Positions 1 to 12,870 of a DNA stretch of 64,000 nt are shown one piece after another (the first letter of the stretch is position 1; every line of letters begins with the position of its first letter). The translations under genes were made by a program, and so were the position numbers. The stretch spans positions 22,940,001 to 23,004,000 of the forward strand of contig NC_043022.1 in assembly GCF_006345805.1 (NCBI RefSeq). Direction: 5' to 3'. The DNA is from Octopus sinensis (taxonomy: Eukaryota). Under the pieces are notes generated by a model. That model was not told where the DNA came from and did no database searches. It worked only from the letters and a program-made list of their open reading frames with translations.

Positions 1-291
1 TCCCTTTGTCTGTCCTTGTTTGCCCCCTCTATGTTTAGCCCCTTGTAGGCAATAAAGAATAAAGAGACCAACAGAATAAGTCCAGGCTTATAAATCTTGG
101 GGTCAATTCATTCAACGAAAATTTCTTCGAAGCAGTGCTCCAGCATGGCTGCAGTCTAGTGACTGAAACAGGTAAAAGATAAAAGGTTAAAAAAAAAATT
201 AACCAAAACAAAGATGATGTATTTCAGGATAAATATGGTAACAAAAGCCTATAAGGGATTCTTTTTCAAATTCCTTTGATATTTTTCAGTT

Positions 292-458
292 AGGCGTAGG
301 AGTGGCTGTGTGGTAAGTAGCTTGCTCACCAACCTCATGGTTCCAGGTTCAGTCCCATTACAAGGCAAGTTTCTTCTACTATAGCCTCGGGCCGACCAAA
401 GCCTTGTGAGTGGATTTGGTAGACGGAAACTGAAAGAAGCCAGTCGTATATGTATGTA

Positions 459-493
<35 letters not shown>

Positions 494-585
494 ATGTATG
501 TATGTATGTATGTATGTGTGTCTGTGTTTGTCCCCCACCATCGCTTGACAACCGATGCTGGTGTGTTTACACCCACGTAACTTAG
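292..585 (+). mobile_element. SINE family A, 3'-truncated
   Basis: Head GGAGTGGCTGTGTGGTAAG (A box) and GGTTCAGTCCC (B box); internal (TCTG)n(TATG)n. Confidence 0.85.
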
Positions 586-1262
586 AGGCATATAGGACTC
601 ACTTTCTTTCCAAAGAAATGTCTCAAAATAGAACATCCTGGTCCTGTATGCAAAAGTGGACATCATATATACACAGACATAGGACTCTCACAAGACTCAT
701 GGCATATAAGACTCACTTTGTTTCAAAAGAAATGTCTCCAAAATCACACTGCTTTCTATATACAATGTTGGTGTATCCTATAATATTTAATGCACTAAAA
801 GCTATTTTTACATAGAATGCATCTAACATGCCCACATGCCTTTAATGTGATCAAATGCAGTATATAACTGAGAAGTAGTTTATTTGCATATGCAATTAAC
901 CAAATTATGCAATTATCAAAATGGAGTATATACCTACAGCCGATAACTCACACATACATACACACACACACACACCCATATACATATATATATACATCCA
1001 TGCATACACATTTATATTTGTAGGCAGGCAAATTAGTAACTTACACACGTCTGTTAATAAGAGTCCCATAGGCACTACTAAAGTATGTATCGAATCAGAC
1101 AGTTGCTGGTTAAAAGTCATTACAAGCTTATAAAATCAATTAGAGTCGTGGTTGCATACCAATAAAATTCTGAGTAACAGCTATGTAAGTCATCAGTGAC
1201 CAAAGAATGACAACTCTGTATATAATGTGTTGAGTGTTCGAGCCTTTTGAACACACACAAAC

Positions 1263-1295
<33 letters not shown>

Positions 1296-1332
1296 AACAC
1301 ACATTCTCTCTCGCTCTCTCTCTCATACACAT

Positions 1333-1881
1333 CTTTTAATTGTTTCAGTCATTTGACTGTGGCCATGCTGGAGCACCACTTTAAGTGTTTCAGTCGAAGA
1401 AATCAACCCCAGGATTTATTATTATTTGTAAGCCTAGTACTTATTCTATTGGTCTTCTTTTGCCGAGCCACTAAGTTACGGGGGCGTAAACACACCAACA
1501 TCAGCTGTCAAGTGATGGGGGGGGGGCACACAAACACACACACACATATCAAAATAAGCAACAAGGATATCCAGAGGTAATGCAGTACAATCGTTTCATG
1601 CAACTCCATTTAACTGAACAATGCAAACATTACATCAATTTAGAATATGTGTGTGTATATTTATATATATATATATTGGTAAAAACGGTGAGATAACAAA
1701 AGAAAGAAAGAGACCTCAATATTATGTAAATAGAGGAAATTTATCTACAAAATAATATGTTACATTACTCAATAGTCATGATAAAACTCTGAGTTTCAGA
1801 TGCCGAAGATGGTGTTGTGGATTTCCACTTCGGCATCTGAAACTCAGAGTTTTATCTTGACTATTGAGTAATGTAACATAT

Positions 1882-1923
<42 letters not shown>

Positions 1924-2075
1924 GACAGGCTTCTTTCAGTTTCCGGCTACCAAATCCACTCACAAGACTTTGGTTGGCCGAAGACTATAACAGAAGACAC
2001 TTGGCCCAGGTGCCATGCAGTAAGACTGAACCTGGAACCACATGGTAGAGAAGCAAGCTTCTTAGCACACAGCCA
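1333..2075 (-). mobile_element. SINE family A split by an insertion in its central microsatellite
   Basis: 3' half 1333-1545, 5' half 1921-2075; the intervening DNA contains the 1749-1887 palindrome. Confidence 0.75.
1749..1887. repeat. Long palindrome (60-bp arms, 19-bp spacer)
   Basis: 1749-1808 is the reverse complement of 1828-1887 with one mismatch. Confidence 0.92.
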
Positions 2076-2128
2076 TATATGATCTTTTACTTGTTTCAGT
2101 GATTTTATTGCAGCCATGCTGGAGCACC

Positions 2129-2163
<35 letters not shown>

Positions 2164-2220
2164 CTTTAATTACTTTTTAAGCCAAGACAATGCAAATTGT
2201 AAAATTGAACAGATTGATGG

Positions 2221-2450
2221 TATAATCATTGGAGAAAAGTTATTCGCCAAATTCTTTGTCCTGTAGCTGGGAACTTGAAAATAAAAGAGGCTCTTTTAAT
2301 TCAGAAATATACACCATCTATTAATAGTAGAGCAAAATTGCACATTCAAATACCTATGTAATACTACAGTTTAAAGAAGTCAGTGAATAATTTTTCTCTA
2401 ACAATTTCCTGAGGAAAAGGTTCTAACCGTGAAATACTGAAGTACCGTGT
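2221..2450 (+). mobile_element. Penelope-like element 3' fragment (GIY-YIG C-terminus plus decayed hammerhead)
   Basis: Frame from 2275 reads LKIKEALLIQKYTPSINSR, like Penelope endonuclease ends; then CTGAGGA-AAAGGTT-CT-AACC-GT-GAAA-TACT-GA-AGTA at 2409-2444. Confidence 0.6.
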
Positions 2451-2763
2451 TTTACCATCTATTTGTTCTATTTAACAAATTGTATTGCTTTGTCATGAAA
2501 AAAACATATAATTAAAAATATTTATATATTCCATATAAAAAGCATTGGTGTTGATGCTGGTGTCACATAAAAAGCACCCAGTACATTCTGTGAAGTCGTT
2601 GGCATTAGAAAGAGCATCTAACTGTAGAAACCAACCCAAAATCTGGTGCAGCTCCTGACTTTGCTAGCTCTTGTCAAGCCATCCAACCCATGCCAGCATG
2701 GAAAATGGATGGTAAATGATTATGATGAAGATAATGATGTGTGTTTGTGTGTGTATACATGTA

Positions 2764-3163
2764 TACTCTTTTCTCTTTTACTTGTTTCAGTCATTTGACT
2801 GTGACCATGCTGGAGCACCGCCTTTAGTCGAGCAAATCGACCCCAGGACTTATTCTTTGTAAGCCCAGTACTTATTCTATCGATCTCTTTTGCCGAACCG
2901 CTAAGTTATGGGGACGTAAACATACCAGCATCGGTTGTCAAGCAATGTTGGGGGACAAACACAGACACGCAAACATATACACACACATACACATAAATAT
3001 AAATGATGATGATGATGATACGATGGGCTTCTTTCAGTTTCCGTCTACCATTCACAAGGCTTTGGTCGGCCCGAAGCTATAGCAGAAGACACTTGCCCAA
3101 GGTGCCACGCAGTGGGACTGAACCAGGAACCATGTGGTTGGTAAGCAAGCTACTTACCACGCA
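2764..3163 (-). mobile_element. SINE family A, near full length
   Basis: Reverse complement of the family head and of the CAGTCAAATGACTGAAACAAGTAAAAGAG tail. Confidence 0.88.
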
Positions 3164-3383
3164 CTGGAGTCGATGTAATTGACTTATTCCGTTTGTCTGT
3201 CCTTGTTTGTCCCCTCTGTGAGCAATAAAGAAATAAGATAATATTAGCTGGCTTTAAGGCGGCAAGCTAGCAGAATCATTAGCATGGCTGGCAGAATGCT
3301 TAACAGCATTTCATCCATCTTCACATTCTGAGTTCAAATTCCGCTGAGGTTGACTCTGCCTTTCATCTTTTCAGGGTTGATAA

Positions 3384-3902
3384 CATTGTGTGTGACCTCC
3401 TTCGGTTATGAATGACCATGGAATTGCACCTAGAAAGTTACCCTCCAAGGTACAAGTCTGGGCAAGGTTGTTTATGGAAGACTAGCAGTCGCCCACACAT
3501 ACCAGCCTTCCCTCTCCACACCACCAATATTATCCAAGGGAAAGGCAAAGGCCGATACAGTTTGGCACCTGTGACATCGCAGCTCATTTATTAACGTGCA
3601 AGTGGCTGAGCACTCCACAGACACGTGTACCCTTAACGTAGTTCTCGAGGAGATTCAGCGTGACACAGAGTGTGACAGGGCTGGCCTTTTGAAATACAGG
3701 TACAACAGAAACAGGAAGAAAGAGTGAAAGAAAGTTGTGGTGAAAGAGTACAGCAGGGATCGCCACCACCCCCTGTCGGAGCCTTGTGGAGCTTTAGGTG
3801 TTTTCGCTCAGTAAACACTCACAATGCCTGGTCTGGGAATCGAAACTGCGATCCTACGACCGTGAGTCTGCTGCCCTAACCACTGGGCCATTGTGCCTCC
3901 AC
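3384..3902 (-). mobile_element. SINE family C nested in a family B SINE
   Basis: 9-bp TSD GGTTGATAA (3375-83, 3903-11); tRNA-like head at 3830-3900. Confidence 0.85.
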
Positions 3903-4892
3903 GGTTGATAAAATAAGTACCAGTTAAACAGTGGGGTTGATGTAAATGACCAACTCCCTCCATAAATTACGGGTATTATACCAAAAGTTGAAATCATTAT
4001 AGATGACTTTTAGAATTTCGATTTGACTTCTTTAACATTAAGAAAACTTTACTTAATTATTTACACAATGGGTGCGCGCAAGTGCACATGTGCACGTGTA
4101 CATAGGCACATCTGCGAGTGCAAGTTTGAACATGTGTGTGGATGTATGCGTTTCTGTTTATATAAATGCCTATATGTAGTTTGTGTGCATATCTGAAAGC
4201 ATTTTTATGCATCTGTGTATATGTGTGTAGGTTGTATGTGTATATGACCGTGTGGGGGAGGGTTGTATGCGTATATATGTCTAGGGTGGTTGTATGTGTG
4301 TGCGTTTGTAGGTTGTATGTATATTTGTGTAAGTTGTGTATGCATATGAGAGTGTGTAAATATATATATATATATATTAGTGTGTGCATATCTGAATGTG
4401 TGTGTGTGTGAATGTATATCTGATTGTATTTGTGTGTGTGTTTGTATGCTGTGTGTACATAGGTGAGTGTTTAGATGTGTGTGCATATAAAAGCATATGT
4501 GTGTGCATGTGTACATGTGCATATGAGTGAGCGTGTCTGTATATGAGTGCATGTATGTGTATTTGTGCATATATGAGTGTATATATATGTGTGTGTGTGT
4601 AGGTTATTTATATATGCATATATGTGTGTGTGAGTGCATCAATGCAGTTACCTGTACAGGTGTATGTATGTGTATATATATATATATATCATATACCATA
4701 TAATTAATCACTTTCGAGACGCGTGCTTATAGTGATAAATTATATGGTTATTGATGATTAAGTCTATTTTGGTATATTTGGCATTGAATTTTTTTTCTTT
4801 TGCCCTTGTTTATAAGTTGTTTATAAATTTAACTTTTAAAGGTATTTTTTTAATATGCTGGCCACTGAGAAAATTTTATCCTATATTAGATA

Positions 4893-4934
<42 letters not shown>

Positions 4935-4984
4935 TATATATAACTGTACATGTGTGCCTGTATTTCCATACATAAAGGTGTGTA

Positions 4985-5045
<61 letters not shown>

Positions 5046-6002
5046 TACATATATATACATGCACACACACACACACATGCACATACAATTGTGTGTGTAT
5101 CCTTTCAGCTGGTGAGTCAGTCACACTGAATCTGATATGATGAGTCATTTTACAAGTTGTCAACATACACTTTTACCTTTCATCACTACCATCATGCCCA
5201 ACTACCTGCCGCTGCTGCCACCACCACCACCATCATCACCATCATCAAAGGAGCTTTTATGTTGTTGCACCACCACCTGCTAGAAATAGCAGTCAATTCT
5301 TCTTCTTCTTCTTCTTCTTCTTCTTCTTCTTCAAGTGACACCCAGCTGACTTAAACGAAGAAAGGACATGTTAGACAATGCAGTCATACATCGCATGTGA
5401 TACAAAAAATGACGATAGGATGGGCATGGCTGGAATGCTTTTCATCATATGTCTGCTCTATCAAGGTTGGCTTGAGGCTGAACAATAGCAATATCAACTA
5501 CATCGAATCCTCTACAAGCGCCATCACTATCATTACCATCAATAACACTACCGCTACTGCATCCAAATCTGCAACTATGCATTAACTTACACCTGTGCAC
5601 ATACACACATATATATATAGACATACACATACATACATGCATGCATGCATACAATAGACACTTATATATACTTGCATATACAAAGCAACAGGATGCTTGC
5701 TTGTGTGTGTGTGTGTGTGTATGTATAATATATATTTGTGTGTGTATATATATATAAATAGATATATTTGAAAAAATGAGCAGATATATATACACATATG
5801 TTTGAAAAAATGAGCAGATATATATGTATATAATATATTTGTGTGTGTATACATATATATATATACTAATACATCTGTTTGTTTTGTACACCACCTGTCT
5901 TCGTCTTTTGTTTTTTTCGTAAACTTTCCCTATATATATATATATATATACATATGTGCGTGTGTGTGTGTGTGTGTATATATGTATATATGTGTGTGTG
6001 TA

Positions 6003-6052
<50 letters not shown>

Positions 6053-6397
6053 TATATATATATATATAACACTGCCAGATCAGACTGGGCCTGGCGCAGC
6101 CTCCTGGCTTCCCAGAACCCAGTTGAACCATCCAACCCATGCTAGCATGGCGTTTTTCCGTCACCGTGTTGTATACTTTCGAGGTTTTCTTCCAAGGAAT
6201 CTAATGCGATTGGCTTAGATTTCCCTTGGCGGGCTGCCCAGATTGGAGCAATCTCAAGATTAATCAGCCGAAATTGCGAAGATGATCTGGTTCTTGACTG
6301 ATGACTGAGAGCTTCGAAAGTCCCGTCTGTGTGTTTTTTTGCCGTCTTCAAAATGTTTCACGTTCTTGTCCCAGTTTGTGTTTTTTTAACGTTTACC

Positions 6398-6448
<51 letters not shown>

Positions 6449-6778
6449 TTGAAAAAAATGAGCAGAAATGGCTTTTTTGGATAATTTTTATTTTAATAAT
6501 AATGTTTACAGTGAGTAAACTCTGCTAGAAGTTTCGAGTTTCAAATAGCTGTTTTCAAATCGAAAAATGTGTTTTACTGGTTGCTTAAATAGCAAAAAAT
6601 TTTTTCTTACAAGTATGCACAAGTATACATGTACCAGAACCACTCACTGTAAACATTATTATTAGCATAAGAATTATCCCCCCCCCCCAAAAAGCCATCT
6701 CTTCTCATTCTTTCAAATATATATGATACTGTACCAAGAACTTTCTTTTTCTAATTCTACCATCTATCTATCTATCAA

Positions 6779-6811
<33 letters not shown>

Positions 6812-6969
6812 GTTAATAACAATTTGATTCAGTTCTGCATTTCTTATATATATATAAGAAACGTGAAACTGAATCAAACTGCTATTATATACAACTTTTA
6901 CTAAATGTCTTAAGGGTTGCTTTCTTACATTTGTTCACCTACTTCTCCTTGTATGTGTGTGTGTGTACA

Positions 6970-7350
6970 GGGAGAGAGAAAGCGAAGCAACAGGTGCACT
7001 TAAGCGGAGGAAGAAGCAGAAAGTAAGAGGTTTGCCAATATTCTCTGGTATGAGGTTCAGAGATGTAAAAGTGTTCTGGATGGCAACACAGTTTAAGCAG
7101 AGAGAATCACAATGTTCTAAGGTGAGAAGTGTGACAAATGGATTATGGCACACTTGCACTTAACTGATGCTGGAAAGAAAGAGGCATGGAAGTGCTACTA
7201 TGAAAGGCTATTATTAAATGGGAAGGATGCATAAGAGAGAGAGAGGGACCATATATTTCAGTTGACAGCAGTATGATAAATAAGGCAATTAAGGTTAGAA
7301 AGGCAGAGAAAGCTTTTGCTCCATTAGGAATCACTGTTGAGATGTTTAGT
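6970..7350 (+). mobile_element. Decayed RTE-type LINE ORF fragment (linker before RT)
   Basis: Frameshifted segments EAESKRFANIL, LALTDAGKKEAWKCYYERLL, INKAIKVRKAEKAFAPLGITVEMF (K.GKAPGPxGI..EM motif). Confidence 0.7.
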
Positions 7351-7369
7351 CCTTTAGCATTTAAACTGG

Positions 7370-7620
7370 GTAAAGTTACTTTCTTGAGTCACGTCGACTC
7401 TCAAGGGCCGGTTTCCCAGTTTCATGGCATATATATTCTGTGCCTGGACAGGATGCTGGTCTGTCTCAGGTTTACTCATTTTTGCCAGCTGAGTGAACTG
7501 GAGCAATGTGGAAAGAAGTGTTTTGCTCAAGAACACGGCACATCGCCCAGTCCAGGAATTGAAACCACAATCTTACAATCATGAGTCCAAAACCCTAACC
7601 ACTAAGCCACATGTCTCCAC
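7370..7620 (-). mobile_element. SINE family C with 16-bp TSD
   Basis: TSD TTAGCATTTAAACTGG at 7354-69 and 7621-36. Confidence 0.9.
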
Positions 7621-7951
7621 TTAGCATTTAAACTGGCCATGCCCGGCCCAAATATTCTACCTGCTGTATGTTGAATTGGTGGCAAGCTGGTAGAATCGTT
7701 AGCACGTCAGGCAAAATGCTTAGTGGTATTTTGTCTGTCTTTATGTTCTGAGTTCAAATTCCACTAAGGTCGATATTGCCTTTCATCCTTTCGGGAGTCA
7801 ATAAATTAAGTACCAGTTATGTACTGGAGTGTATTCATTTTTGCCAGCTGAGTCACTAGAACTAGATTTTTTTCTGCTGATTTTTCATTTTTTAGTCTTC
7901 GATGATGTGGCTATTTTGAAAGAGATGATGTTAAAACTTAACCAAATATCT

Positions 7952-8360
7952 AGGCGCAGGAGTGGCTATGTGGTAAGTAGCTTGCTTACCAACCACATGG
8001 TTCCGGGTTCAGTCCCACTGTGTGGCATCTTGGGCAAGTGTCTTCTGCTATAGCCCCGGGCCGACCAATGCCTTGTGAGTGGATTTGGTAGACGGAAACT
8101 GAAAGAAGCATGTCGTATATATGTATATATATATATGCATGTATGTGTGTGTATATGTTTGTGTGTCTATGTTTGTCCCCCTAGCATTGCTTGACAACTG
8201 ATGCTGGTGTGTTTATGTCCCCATCACTTAACAATTCGGCAAAAGAGACTGATAGAATAAGTACTGGGCTTACAAAGAATAAGTCCCGGGGTCGATTTGC
8301 TCGACTAAAGGCGGTGCTCCAGCATGGCCGCAGTCAAATGACTGAAACAAGTAAAAGAGT
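7952..8360 (+). mobile_element. SINE family A, full length
   Basis: AGGCGCAGGAGTGGCT...ATGACTGAAACAAGTAAAAGAGT. Confidence 0.9.
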
Positions 8361-8639
8361 AAATAAGTTATTTTCTATTAAGCATAACTAGTCTGGGAAT
8401 TTTTTGATACCACCTTGTATATATGTGTGTATCTTTACGTTTGTCTCTCCCACTTCTTGACAACCAGTGTTGGTTTGTTTACATCCCCTTAACTTGGTGG
8501 TTCAGCAAAAGTGACCAATAGAATAAGTACCAGACTTAAAAATTAAGTCCTGGGGTTGATTTTTTGGACTAAACCATTCAAGATTATGCTCCAGTATGAC
8601 TGCATTTCAATGAGTGAAAATTGAAGTTAAAAAAAAAAG

Positions 8640-9050
8640 CTGGTTAAATTGTCAGAGCATTGAAAAAAAAAAGGCTTTACAGCATTTCTTGCAGCTTGCT
8701 ACATTCTGAGTTCAAATCCTACCAAGGTCAGCTTTGTCTTTACTCTTGTTTCAGGGGTTAGGGGGAGGAGTTGATAAAATTAAGCATCTGTTATATATGA
8801 AGGTGTGGGAAATGCTTCGCGGTATTTCGTCTGCCATTACGTTCTGAGTTCAAATTCCGCCGAGGTTGACTTTGCCTTTCATCCTTTCGGGGTTGATTAA
8901 ATAAGTACCAGTTATGCACTGAGGTCGATATAACCGACTTAATACGTTTGTCTGTCCTTGTTTGTCTTCTCTGTGTTTAGCCCCTAGTGGGTAGTAAAGA
9001 AATAGGTATTAACTATGACCCTCTTCTCCAAATTACTGGCCGCGTACCTA
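8640..9050 (+). mobile_element. SINE family B, tandem partial copies
   Basis: Core GAGTTCAAATTCCGCCGAGGTTGACTTTGCCTTTCATCCTTTCGGGGTTGAT...AAGTACCAG (resembles the Nin/Deu-type SINE core; inference). Confidence 0.8.
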
Positions 9051-10204
9051 AAATATAGTGCAGGCACATAGTTCACTGGTTAGGGCATTAGTTAGTGAGT
9101 TCAAATCCCGGACTGGGCTGCATGTTGTGTTCTTGAGCAAGACACTTTATTTCACATTGCTCCAGTTCACTCAGCTGTAGAAATGAGTTGTGATGTCAAT
9201 GGTGAGCAGCTGTATCAGCCTTTTTCTTTCTCTTGGGTAACATCGGTGGAGAAGAGAAGGGGAGATTTCTATGCATGGGTAACTTATATGTATTAGGGAA
9301 ACATGTAGTTTTCTTTCTCTCTCTGTACCAACCCTGTCTCGTGTCTCAGGGATGTTTCTCTCTCCCTGTATCAGCAATGCTCTTGCATCTCAGGGTATAT
9401 ATAATTCTCTATCTCCCTCCCTTCCTCTCTATCTCCTAACACCAACCCCACCTTGTATTCAGGGTATATATAGTTTCTCTCTCACATATACATATATACA
9501 TACACATCCTCTCTCTTTCTCTTACACACAAACACCCTCTCTCTCTCTCATGCACACATACACCCACATACATTCACAAATATACATACACATCTCTTCT
9601 CTCTCTCTCACACACACACATACATACACACACACACATCTTCTCCCTCTCTCTACAGATCAACTCCACCCTATGTCTCAGGATATATGTAGTTCTCTCT
9701 CTCTCTCTCTCTTCCCACATCAGACCCACCTCAACTGTCACAGGTATATGCAATGTTATTATGTGCAAATGGCTTTGATCTACTCATAAAACAGGTACTT
9801 ATGCTGTCAACAGAACGTCTATGTTGGAACTAATAATGCTCCTGCATTTCATGTTGATAAACTTACAACACCGAATATCTTTTTACAACTTCTTTTATTA
9901 AGGTGACCATTTCCTTCAATGGTCTAACCTCTACCCCCTATATTTTATGGCCATCTCTCTGGATAGTTCTTATTCCCATAAATCCACAACCATTAATAAG
10001 TCACTAGAACGAGGTTTTCTTCTGCTGATTTTTCATATTTTAGTCTTCGGTGATGTGTCTGAAAGTTTATTCCTAATTTCTCTGTTTGCATTCACAGATG
10101 TTTTCTGGAACATTCTGACATCGAGAATATCTTATAGCAGGAGTTCTCAAAATGACAAATATGAGGTCCCAAAACCTGCTAAAATATTAATGACGTTTTT
10201 CACC

Positions 10205-10693
10205 TTTTTGCTTATCCAAAGCATGTTCATAAGTTTGTCCTAAATATCCATGTTTTTTTCAGACTTTTAATTAACCCTTGATTCATTCGTCCTGAGTAAT
10301 ATAAAATAATATAAAGCCTTCCTTTCCCAATAAGCTTTCCCAAAAAACTTTCAGTCCCAAGTTATTCTCATGGCTGAAAAGAATTTGGAAATGTTTATCA
10401 TATATGATGCCTGGATCCTTGGAAATATGTCCTGTGTACTACATGTGATAAACAGGACAGGCAAACAGTTAAACATTTCATTGAAAATTATGGTTTTAAT
10501 TAAACATTTCAGCTCATCTTATTTAACAGCTATTTAATCCTTTTCTTTTCCAAGGTATTTTCATAAGTTTATCCTAAATGTCCATACTTGTTTTCAGACT
10601 TTTAGTTAGTACTTTGTTTCATATCTTCTGAGTAATGTAAAAGCTTTCTTTCCATCGTGAGCCAAATGCCCTAACCACTAAGCCACGTGCCTT

Positions 10694-10724
<31 letters not shown>

Positions 10725-10888
10725 TGTTTCATACATTCTGAGTAATATCAAGTTTTTCCTTTCATAAGTCCCAAATTACTCTGGTGACTGAAAAGAAATT
10801 GGGAAGGTTTATCATTTATGATACATGGACCCCAGGGAAATATGTCCTGATATTATATCCGATACACAGGACAGGCAAAGAGTTACAG
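10205..10888. repeat. Diverged direct duplication (10205-10474 vs 10541-10888)
   Basis: Colinear blocks such as CATAAGTTT.TCCTAAAT.TCCAT, CTGAAAAGAA.TTGG.A..GTTTATCAT.TATGAT and CAGGACAGGCAAA.AGTTA. Confidence 0.8.
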
Positions 10889-10983
10889 AGAACACCAAGA
10901 GTTTGTATCCATATAACTATTTTTCTTCACCATGGTGTTGAGCATTTAAAATGTTTGAAGCATTTTAATTTTATTAAACATGA

Positions 10984-11467
10984 GCACCATACAAGTGTGA
11001 TCATTGACAGAGCGGCTCAGCAGCTTCCGTGCCAGTGGCACCATTCGAGCGTGATTGTTACCAGCGTCGCACTACTGGCACTCGAGCCCTGTGCTAGTAG
11101 GGTATTATGAGCACTATCCAAGCATGATCGTTGCCAGAGCGGCTATCTGGCCTCCATGTAAAAAACACCATTCAAGCGTGATCGTTACCAGCATCGCCTT
11201 ACTGGCACCCGCACCAGTGGCATGTGTAAAAGATTCAAGCGAAATCGTTGCCAGTGCCGCCTGACTGGCCCCGTGCCCGGTGGCACGTAAAAGCACCCAC
11301 TACACTCTCGGAGTGGTTGGCGTTAGGAAGGGCATCCAGCTGTAGAAACTCTGCCAGATCAAGATTGAAGCCTGGTGCAGTCATCTGGTTCGCCAGCCCT
11401 CAGTCACACGTCCAACCCATGCTAGCATGGAAAGTGGACGTTAAACAATGATGATGATGATGATGAT
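10984..11467 (+). mobile_element. SINE family D with internal 55-70 bp tandem units and (GAT)n tail
   Basis: GGTTGGCGTTAGGAAGGGCATCCAGCTGTAGAAAC core and AACCCATGCTAGCATGGAAAGTGGACGTTAAAC tail. Confidence 0.85.
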
Positions 11468-12242
11468 AAAGTCATTAGCTGTATAGTTTCTGACTCATTA
11501 CATACAGATTCCAAATGCAGCTCAAGTTGGCATCCTTTCAGGGTTGATACAATAAAGTACTGGTCGAGCACAGTGGTTGATGTCATCAACTTGTCCCTTC
11601 CTTGCAAATTACTGGCTTTAGGCCAATATTTGTAAACAAAAGATGGTGAGCTGGCAGAATTGTTAACACATCAAACAACATGCTTAGCAGCATTTCTTCC
11701 AACTCATTAATTTCTGAGTTCAAATACTGCTGAGGTCAACTTTGCCTTTCATCGGGGTTGATAAAATAAATAACAGTTGAGCACGAGGGGGGGGGGGTCA
11801 CTGTAATCAACTTCCCCCTCCCCTCAAAATTATTGGCCTTGTAAAAAAATTTTATTGAACAAGGTGATTTGCCTGCTCCTCTCCCACTCTTTCCAACTCT
11901 CACATTCCCTACCCACTAGGAAAAACACTGTCCTTGAGTATCCTAGAAACTTATGGGAACTTTGAAACCCAGGGTATGATGTGTAGTTATGACATTTAAA
12001 TTGGAGATTTTATTATCGAAGCTCCATAATCAATGCCCCCACTGTGTCACTAATTAGTTATATGTGTGCCTGACTTTCAGAAATAATATCCAGTGTGTAT
12101 ATAATAACCTATTTAGTTCATATCTGACTTCCAAAAACAATTACCAGTGTGTGTCTGTGTATATATCTACTTAGTCATGTTTGACTACTATAAACAATAT
12201 CCCGTGTGTATATAACTACCTCAACCAGTGAATGTGTGTATT

Positions 12243-12273
<31 letters not shown>

Positions 12274-12274
<1 letters not shown>

Positions 12275-12542
12275 AATTAGAAAAAAAACACCTTTTATCA
12301 ATTCAAAATGAACAATTAAATTACACCATCTAGAAAATTACATATAATAGAAATATCAAAATTAAAATAACAATAAAATTATATACCAATTATATACGTT
12401 TTTATTATTTTTTTTGCAATTTACTTAATCATTGATATTTTATTGTTATTTAAATTTTAATATTTCTATTATATGTAATTTTCTAGATGGTGTAATTTAA
12501 TAGTTCATTTTGAATTGACAAAAGGTGGTTTTTTTCTAATTT
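12274..12542. repeat. AT-rich long inverted repeat (about 105-bp arms, about 57-bp spacer)
   Basis: AAATTAGAAAAAAAACACCTTTT...AATAACAATAAAAT mirrored by ATTTTATTGTTATT...AAAAGGTGGTTTTTTTCTAATTT. Confidence 0.9.
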
Positions 12543-12773
12543 TTATATATATTATATTGTATGAAATTTGATTTAGTATTTCTAAATTGAATTTTTTTTT
12601 CCCTGTAAGTTTGGATATAATAATCATTATATATATATATATATATATATAAATACAGTGTACATTTAAACACATAACAGGACATCTGACCCACTAGAAG
12701 GAATAGTTAAATTCCCAACGACTATTGTGGGTAATTTTGAAAGGGAATGAAAAATAAAAACATTTACCCTCTA

Positions 12774-12848
12774 TTTCCTTTACCATGGTTTCAAGCTATC
12801 TTCAGCAAATAAAATAATTTACTTGGCGAAGCTCTCATCAGTAGGAAA
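12774..12848 (-). ncRNA. Type I hammerhead ribozyme motif, near-intact
   Basis: Minus strand reads TTTCCTA-CTGATGA-GAGCT...AGCTT-GAAA-CCATGG-T-A-AAGGAAA: full core, stem II, self-complementary stem III (ACCAUGGU), GUA triplet, 6-bp stem I. Confidence 0.7.
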
Positions 12849-12870
12849 GCCAAGATTAACATATAAATAC

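Noticed and set aside
6240-6330. CTGATGA (6298-6304) with downstream GAAA as a hammerhead
   Set aside because: No stem II can form and there is no correctly paired NUH; at most a heavily decayed relic.
10984-11300. Regularly spaced repeats resembling a CRISPR array
   Set aside because: Degenerate internal units of SINE family D, also at 35960-36240 and 44380-44560; spacers are not unique, no cas genes, eukaryotic context.
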